Below, in pieces: positions 57,760-64,000 of a stretch of DNA of 64,000 bases; the stretch's first letter is position 1, and every line of letters begins with the position of its first letter. A model generated the notes under the pieces. It was not told where the DNA came from. It did not search any database and was given only the letters and a program-made list of their open reading frames with translations. The DNA lies in NCBI GenBank assembly GCA_045803545.1, contig JBJMOW010000005.1, positions 1,152,001 through 1,216,000 on the forward strand. Direction: 5' to 3'. This stretch comes from Gemmatimonadaceae bacterium (GTDB taxonomy: Bacteria; Gemmatimonadota; Gemmatimonadetes; Gemmatimonadales; Gemmatimonadaceae). A program made the position numbers and the translations under genes.

Positions 57760-59594
57760 GACTCCCCTTCAAGTTCCAGACGATCCGACAGGTTCTGGCC
57801 GTTGGATTCTCGTTGTTGATCGTGCTGCTGCTCGGTGCCGGCGCTGTCGGCTGGATGTCGATGAATCGAATGGCAGACCAGGTTTCGCAGACGCTGTCCG
57901 ACGCCCAGCAGGATGCGAAGCAGGCCTCCGATTTCTCCAACGTCGTCACCCAGGAAATTCAGGCAGCGAACACCTACCTCAGCGACCAGGACGCGAAATC
58001 AGACGCCGAGTTCCGTCGTCTGGGCTGGGAAGCGCATCGCCTGCACCGCGACTTTGGCTCGCGCCGGGATGCCATGGCCGAGCAAATCATTCGCACTGTC
58101 GCGATCGATACTACGCTGGCACGCGTTGAGGCGGCGTTTGCCCTTTCACACAGGTTGACCGACCTCGGCCGGCTCGACGAGGCGCACGCCGAAGCGCAGC
58201 GCGCGCGCAAGATGGTGCCAGGACTACTCGAACAGCTAACCGGACTGGAGCATTCGCGTGCGCAGCAGCTCGCGTCGATGTCCGCGGATTTGCGATCACA
58301 GGCAACGGCGCGCTCGAGACTGTTGGTGATAGTGATCAGCGTCGCCACTTTGCTGGCAATCATGATCGTAATTCGCACTGGCCGGGCAGTTGCGCGTCCA
58401 TTGCGCCTCCTGGTGAAGCACGCAGTTCAACTAAGCCACGGCGATCTGCAGCAGCGGACCGAGAGCGAAATGCCCGGTGAGTTCCGCACCCTGGCCGACG
58501 CAATGAATCACGCAACAATCGCATTGTCCCGCATCGCTGCGGGCGCGGCAAGAACGGCCGACGAGGTCGCACAGTCGGCGGCGGACCTCGCCTCTGCCTC
58601 CAAACAGATCTCGGCATCATCCGGCGAAGTCGCCGATGCGGTCGAGGAAGTTTCGCACGGCGCCGAGTCACAGGTGGCACAGCTGCGTCAGGTAAACGAA
58701 GCGCTGGACGGCATTCGCACCCGCGGCGATAACCTCGTCGGCGGCGCGCAGGAAGTGCACGGACTTGCCAGCGCGATCGAGGCGGAAGCAGAAGCCAAGC
58801 GCATCGAGATCGACCGCGCGTTGAAAATCCTGTTCGATGTTCGATCGATCGTCGAGCAGGCAGCTGCCCAGGTGCGCGAGCTGAACACCAGCGCCAGCGA
58901 AATCAACAAATTCGTCATTTCCGTCGGACGCATCGCGGAGCAGACCAATTTGCTATCGCTGAACGCCGCGATCGAAGCAGCGCGCGCCGGTGAAGCAGGT
59001 CGGGGCTTCGGGGTCGTTGCCAGCGAAGTGAGAAAGCTCGCCGATCAGACCCAGGCCGCTGCCGACGACGTCGTCAAGATGACTGACAGCGTCACCACGC
59101 GAGTTCTGGCTACCTCGAAGGCGATGGAGCAAGGCGTAACTCACGTCGGCGAGATCGAGCGCCTAAGCCACGATCTCGACAGCGCCCTGTCGACCATTCT
59201 CGCCGCCGCTGAGCGCACTCGCGCCGCTGCGGCAATGGTGACGACTGCAGCGACGGAGAACGCGCGCGCAGTCGACTCCGCGGCCGCGAACCTCAGTCTC
59301 GTTGCTCGCACGGCGGAGAGTCATGCGACCGCCGCTATGGAGGTCAGCGCCTCGACCGAAGAACAGAGCGCCGCTTGTGAGCAAATGAGCATGGCGTCGA
59401 CGCAGTTGTTCCACGGCAGCCACGCACTGCGTGATCTGGTGGGTGAGCTGAAGACCGACGGAGTCGTCGGCACGACGGAGATGCAGACGCCTGTCGCAGC
59501 GGAAGCGACCGCACCAGCCGAAGCGGACGCCGCAACTCCGCACCCGCGATTCACTCCGCCACACCCACAGCCGCCAGTCAAGAAGGTCGCGTAA
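57756..59594 (+). CDS. Methyl-accepting chemotaxis protein
   Basis: 2 [43 protein letters not shown]. Confidence 0.95.
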   Translation: MRLPFKFQTIRQVLAVGFSLLIVLLLGAGAVGWMSMNRMADQVSQTLSDAQQDAKQASDFSNVVTQEIQAANTYLSDQDAKSDAEFRRLGWEAHRLHRDFGSRRDAMAEQIIRTVAIDTTLARVEAAFALSHRLTDLGRLDEAHAEAQRARKMVPGLLEQLTGLEHSRAQQLASMSADLRSQATARSRLLVIVISVATLLAIMIVIRTGRAVARPLRLLVKHAVQLSHGDLQQRTESEMPGEFRTLADAMNHATIALSRIAAGAARTADEVAQSAADLASASKQISASSGEVADAVEEVSHGAESQVAQLRQVNEALDGIRTRGDNLVGGAQEVHGLASAIEAEAEAKRIEIDRALKILFDVRSIVEQAAAQVRELNTSASEINKFVISVGRIAEQTNLLSLNAAIEAARAGEAGRGFGVVASEVRKLADQTQAAADDVVKMTDSVTTRVLATSKAMEQGVTHVGEIERLSHDLDSALSTILAAAERTRAAAAMVTTAATENARAVDSAAANLSLVARTAESHATAAMEVSASTEEQSAACEQMSMASTQLFHGSHALRDLVGELKTDGVVGTTEMQTPVAAEATAPAEADAATPHPRFTPPHPQPPVKKVA

Positions 59595-59616
59595 ACGGCG
59601 ACCCGCGTCGGGCGGG

Positions 59617-62133
59617 TTAGGCTTTCGCCGCGCGCATTTCGCGGACTTTCGTTAGTAGCTGGTCGGGGCCGAAGGGTTTTTGCAGGAAGGCGGTCTCGCC
59701 CTTGAGTACGCCGCGCTTCATCACTTCGTCGTCGGTGTAGCCCGAAACGAAAAGCACATCGATGTCACGGTGTGTAAGGCGTAAGCGTTCGATGAATTCG
59801 GGCCCGCTCATTTCGGGCATCACCACATCACTGATCGCGAGGTCGATGCGGTGATGGTTTGCCGCCGCAAGCTCCAGCGCGTGCGCACCGCTGCGCGCCG
59901 CAAGGACCTTGTATCCTGCGCTGGCTAGAACGCGCTCGTACAGTATGCGCAAGGATTGGTCATCCTCTGCCAAAAGAATCGTTCCCGACCCGCGCACAAC
60001 ACCCTGCAGCGCGGTATGCGGCGGAGTGTTCTGTTTGACCGCATCGCAGCAGGGCAGATAGATGTCGAAACTCGTCCCGCGACCGGGTTCTGATTTCAAG
60101 GACACGTCGCCGCCGAGTTGTTTGACGATTCCGTACACGGTCGAGAGGCCAAGGCCGGTTCCCTTTCCTAGCGGCTTGGTGGTGAAAAACGGCTCGAAGG
60201 CACGCGCTTGGACCTCGGCTGACATGCCCGTCCCAGTATCGCTTACCGACAAGCATATGGCAGGGGAGTGAGCCAGCCCGGGCTGCAGCGGACCGATGTG
60301 CTCGCTCGCATTGGCGTTTGCGGTGCTTATACGCAGCACGCCACCATCGGGCATCGCGTCACGCGCGTTGATCGCGAGGTTTAGCAGCACCTGCTCCACC
60401 TGACCCGGATCAACGTTGATCAAGCCAAGGTCGCGCTGGAGACTGATCTCGAATTTGATGTCTTCACCGATCAGGCGACGCAACATTTTCTCGGTCTCAT
60501 TAACGACGTTATTGACGTTCGTCGGCCGAGGTTGAAGAACTTCCTTGCGGCTGAATGCGAGTAACTGCCGCGTAAGCCCCGATGCCCGTCTCGCGGCAGC
60601 AGTGATTTCGTCGACGTCCATCCGGCGTGGGTCGGTTTGCTCGAAGTCATCGTGCAAAAGTGCGCTGTAGCTCATGATGACAGTGAGCAGGTTGTTGAAG
60701 TCATGTGCGACGCCACCTGCCAGCTGTCCGATTGCCTCCATTTTTTGAGACTGAGCCAGCTGGGCCTCGAGCATTCTGAGCTCGGTCGTATCGACCGCGA
60801 TCAAGCCAACGGCGAAGGTATTTCCGTCACTCGCCCGAAGTGGGTAGTAGCTCACCATGATGTGACGTTTGGACATCTGTCCGACGTCCGTCGGCAAACC
60901 GGCATCGCCGGCGAGCTCTTTCTCGCGAACCGCGCTGCCCGTTCTGACAACTTCGCGGACTGAGCGCTCGATATGAGCCCCGAATTCCGGTGAGATGTCA
61001 CCGGGACTGCGTCCGATGTGCGATTCACTCGAGGTGCCGTACAATCCCGCGAAGGTGGAGTTGACCCGGATATAGCGGGCCTCGCGATCGAACAGCGCGA
61101 AGCCGACCGGCGCGGTAGCGAGAACGATTTCCAAAACAGTGAGCGCTTCCGCCTTTTCCTTCGTCGCGCGCTCCGCCTGCTCGCGCGCGCCTTCAGCGGC
61201 AAACCGCGATGCTCGCTCGGCGTCCGCGCGCGCACGGGCTGCTTCCTCCTTGACCACGAGGTTCACTCGCTCTTGTTCGGCAGTTTGTCGACGCTTGTCC
61301 GCCGCGTCCAGCAGCGCCGCCGTCGACCACACCACCGCTCCGAAGATCACCATCGTGAGCACCGCTGAGAACGCGTTCTGAGCGGCAAGACTGTATTGGC
61401 TCGTCCAGTCCTCGAAGACCCGCAGTCCGCCCAGCGCCAAGGGCACGAGGAAAGCGACCGGCAGTAGACGTCGGGCGAGCATCCCACCGGCATGCTCAGA
61501 CAGGAGCGTCTCTACCCATGTGCCATGCGGCGGTACAGCTAACGCGCCCACCGAGAGGAATACCAGTGCAATGGCAGTCGGAATCGCGATCTGAATTCCC
61601 TGGCCCAGACCAGCGGTTGGAATCGCGCCATACACATAAGCAAGCAGCGCCATTAGACCGAGGGCTGCGGTGGCGACCAAAACAAAAATCGAAGGCCGCC
61701 GGCCTTTGCGGGTGCGGTAGTCTAGGGTCACTAGTCCCAGCCCAAGCAGGACGAAGGCGCTGGAAGTCACCGCGGCCATGCGGCCGGGGGTCGCGGTATG
61801 TCCCCAGTCCTGCCTCGCGGGAAAAACCAGCTCGTCGATTCCGAGGTTTATAACAGACACGTACTCGGCAATCGTAAGCACCCCAATGCTGGTGACCAGG
61901 ATAGCGAGAACCGCCAACACCGGGCGTCGCCATGCCGCGCCGGCCGCCGTTCTCGGTCGCAGCAGCAGGCAGACTGCCGCCGACCCAAGTCCGATCGCAG
62001 TGTTGACCTTCACGGTTACCCGACCGGCGAACAACGTTTTCGCCGCGTCCATGTCAAACGCCCAGCCAACCAGAACGACGAGTGCCATTCCAAGAACTAC
62101 CCAGCCGGTCAGAATGGGGATCGTACTGATCAT
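59617..62133 (-). CDS. Membrane hybrid sensor histidine kinase (TM-PAS-HisKA-HATPase-REC)
   Basis: AHDFNNLL, NLAINARDAM, DTGTG, FFTTK, GTGLGL, SDVVMP, LQKPF; start uncertain. Confidence 0.92.
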   Translation of the reverse strand: MISTIPILTGWVVLGMALVVLVGWAFDMDAAKTLFAGRVTVKVNTAIGLGSAAVCLLLRPRTAAGAAWRRPVLAVLAILVTSIGVLTIAEYVSVINLGIDELVFPARQDWGHTATPGRMAAVTSSAFVLLGLGLVTLDYRTRKGRRPSIFVLVATAALGLMALLAYVYGAIPTAGLGQGIQIAIPTAIALVFLSVGALAVPPHGTWVETLLSEHAGGMLARRLLPVAFLVPLALGGLRVFEDWTSQYSLAAQNAFSAVLTMVIFGAVVWSTAALLDAADKRRQTAEQERVNLVVKEEAARARADAERASRFAAEGAREQAERATKEKAEALTVLEIVLATAPVGFALFDREARYIRVNSTFAGLYGTSSESHIGRSPGDISPEFGAHIERSVREVVRTGSAVREKELAGDAGLPTDVGQMSKRHIMVSYYPLRASDGNTFAVGLIAVDTTELRMLEAQLAQSQKMEAIGQLAGGVAHDFNNLLTVIMSYSALLHDDFEQTDPRRMDVDEITAAARRASGLTRQLLAFSRKEVLQPRPTNVNNVVNETEKMLRRLIGEDIKFEISLQRDLGLINVDPGQVEQVLLNLAINARDAMPDGGVLRISTANANASEHIGPLQPGLAHSPAICLSVSDTGTGMSAEVQARAFEPFFTTKPLGKGTGLGLSTVYGIVKQLGGDVSLKSEPGRGTSFDIYLPCCDAVKQNTPPHTALQGVVRGSGTILLAEDDQSLRILYERVLASAGYKVLAARSGAHALELAAANHHRIDLAISDVVMPEMSGPEFIERLRLTHRDIDVLFVSGYTDDEVMKRGVLKGETAFLQKPFGPDQLLTKVREMRAAKA

Positions 62134-62490
62134 CGGGTAAGCGTCACCGCCCGCCAGCAATCGCTCGGGATGCCCGACTCGACGCGCCGAAGAAAGCACG
62201 CCGGGACTGCTGCGTGGCGTGGCCTTTAGCGACAAAACTTCGTGTCGACCGCTCAAGTGACTGCCATCCTCCAAAACCGAGTGACGAGCGCGGCACGTTG
62301 AGTGGATAAGCGCTGGCAGAAAGACGACTGACGACGCGATCCGATTCTGGAAAACGAGATGTGGAAGAAAGGGACCCACCCGTTGTTCAGCATGGAGCCG
62401 CGGCCGCGCTGTCCAAGCCACTCGTCCCTGACGAATTGTTCGCCGCTTTGGAAGGCGTACTCTAGGCGCTCGTAAGGTAATTTTCACGGA

Positions 62491-63240
62491 GTGACCTCCG
62501 TGAATTATTCAGTGACCCCATCGGGCGCGCCGGCTGTCGTTCTGTTGAGCGGCGGGCTGGATTCCACAACCGTGCTGGCGATCGCGCAGAGCGAAGGCTT
62601 CGACGTCCATGCACTGAGTTTTCGTTACGGGCAGCGTCACGCTCTCGAGATCGAGGCCGCGAAGCGAATTGCGCACAAGGCTGGCGTAGGCAATCACCAC
62701 GTCGTCGACATCGATTTACGCGCGTTCGGCGGCTCCGCGCTAACCGCCAACATTCCGGTGCCAAAGGATCGCGACCTCGCATCGCGGCAAGTCTCGAGTG
62801 AGATACCCGTCACCTACGTGCCCGCGCGCAACACGATCTTCCTCGCGTACGCGGTCGCGCTCGCCGAAGTGATCGGGGCATCCACCATCTTCATCGGAGT
62901 GAACGCGCTCGACTACAGCGGCTATCCAGACTGTCGTCCTGAGTTCATCGAAGCGTTCATGAAAATGGCGAATCTGGCGACGCGCGCCGGCGTCGAAGGC
63001 CAAACCCGCCTCGATATTCGTGCCCCACTGATGTCTCTGACAAAAGCCGCGATCATCACGCTGGGAAAATCGCTGGGGGTCGATTACTCGCTGACCGCGA
63101 GCTGCTACGATCCTGGTCCCGGCGGTGAGGCCTGTGGGCGGTGCGATGCCTGCCAGCTGCGACTAAAGGGCTTTAGCGAAGCAGGCGTTGAGGATCCAGT
63201 CACCTATGCGAGCGCGCGCGGGGCCGGGGTCGCGCGATGA
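62491..63240 (+). CDS. queC: 7-cyano-7-deazaguanine synthase
   Basis: SGGLDS, YGQRH, TYVPARN, YPDCR, CGRCDAC. Confidence 0.96.
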   Translation: MTSVNYSVTPSGAPAVVLLSGGLDSTTVLAIAQSEGFDVHALSFRYGQRHALEIEAAKRIAHKAGVGNHHVVDIDLRAFGGSALTANIPVPKDRDLASRQVSSEIPVTYVPARNTIFLAYAVALAEVIGASTIFIGVNALDYSGYPDCRPEFIEAFMKMANLATRAGVEGQTRLDIRAPLMSLTKAAIITLGKSLGVDYSLTASCYDPGPGGEACGRCDACQLRLKGFSEAGVEDPVTYASARGAGVAR

Positions 63241-63884
63241 CGTATACGGTCAAGGAAATCTTCTACACGCTGCAGGGCGAAGGTGCTCAATCAGGCCGTG
63301 CCGCGGTCTTCTGCCGTTTCTCCGGCTGCAATCTGTGGACGGGTCGCGAGGAAGACCGGTCGAGAGCAGTCTGTCAGTTTTGCGACACCGACTTCGTCGG
63401 CGTCGGACCGGACGGCGGCAGGTTCGCCAGAGCGAACGAGCTTGCTAATGCGATTGATCGGTGCTGGGGCGGCGGCAAACAAGGATATGAAAGCTCCGCG
63501 CGGAAGTTCGTTGTCTGCACCGGCGGCGAACCGTTACTCCAGCTCGACGAGCCTGTGATCGACGAGCTGCATCGACGTGGATTCGAAGTCGCCGTCGAAA
63601 CCAACGGCACCCGCTCTGCTCCTCCCTCACTCGATTGGATTTGCGTGAGTCCGAAAGCCGGCGCTCCCTTCGTCCAGACTTCGGGCAACGAGCTAAAGCT
63701 CGTTTTCCCGCAGGAGAACGCCGCGCCAGAGAAATTCTCCGCGCTCGACTTTCAGCACTTCTTCCTGCAGCCAATGGACGGCCCCGACGTCGCAGCCAAC
63801 ACTGAGCGAGCGATCGAGTATTGCCTACGGCATCCGCAGTGGAGGCTCAGTATCCAGACGCACAAGCTCGTGGGAGTGCGGTAG
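63237..63884 (+). CDS. queE: 7-carboxy-7-deazaguanine synthase (Cx14CxxC type)
   Basis: [46 protein letters not shown]. Confidence 0.95.
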   Translation: MTYTVKEIFYTLQGEGAQSGRAAVFCRFSGCNLWTGREEDRSRAVCQFCDTDFVGVGPDGGRFARANELANAIDRCWGGGKQGYESSARKFVVCTGGEPLLQLDEPVIDELHRRGFEVAVETNGTRSAPPSLDWICVSPKAGAPFVQTSGNELKLVFPQENAAPEKFSALDFQHFFLQPMDGPDVAANTERAIEYCLRHPQWRLSIQTHKLVGVR

Positions 63885-63942
63885 CCAGAGGCCAGAGGCG
63901 AGAGGCGGGAGGCGGGAGGCGGGAGGCGGCTAACTGCTAACT
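63884..63942. repeat. Heptamer tandem repeat
   Basis: gccagag x2, gcgagag, gcgggag x3, then gctaact x2 immediately after the queE stop. Confidence 0.75.
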
Positions 63943-64000
63943 GTTCCTCGCGTGAAGAAACTTTTCAGCGCTCGCCAAACCGCGCGCACCAACAGCGCCG

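Noticed and set aside
62134..62490. preQ1 riboswitch upstream of queC, or a 118-aa kinase extension
   Set aside because: No preQ1 stem with A-rich tail seen; the extension is not protein-like
62491..63884. Dpd-type 7-deazaguanine DNA modification island
   Set aside because: No dpdA/tgt-like or other dpd genes in the window; consistent with ordinary queuosine synthesis
1..64000. Prophage, IS, integron, tRNA (including selC) or rRNA
   Set aside because: No recognisable integrase, transposase, phage genes or cloverleaf/rRNA signatures by eye

Overview
GC-rich, gene-dense bacterial chromosomal window. Gene content suggests Gemmatimonadota, but this is inference only. About 55 CDS; no rRNA, tRNA, CRISPR array, integrase or transposase recognised. 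Main contents: (1) 86-5738, a six-gene non-canonical chaperone-usher-like pilus cluster followed by a type IV pilin; (2) redox, envelope and proteolysis genes (DsbA/VKOR, M16, TPR-ABC module, M28, two M1, S9); (3) acnA, an aguB-aguA-OsmC-DCC1-PQQ dehydrogenase-gntK-gntP-cyclase-DinB run, msrA, an arginase-family gene, an SBP-MCP pair, a hybrid kinase and queC-queE. The most striking hidden feature is a gene missing from the ORF track at 37478-37849: a CTG-started 123-aa membrane protein with an in-frame TGA followed 11 nt later by a SECIS-like hairpin, i.e. a candidate selenoprotein. Also notable: a two-copy ~180-bp palindromic intergenic element, a probable orphan sRNA (52117-52240, minus strand), a patatin-ferredoxin fusion, and frequent leaderless or non-canonical gene starts. 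Family assignments come from motif recognition by eye, not database searches.
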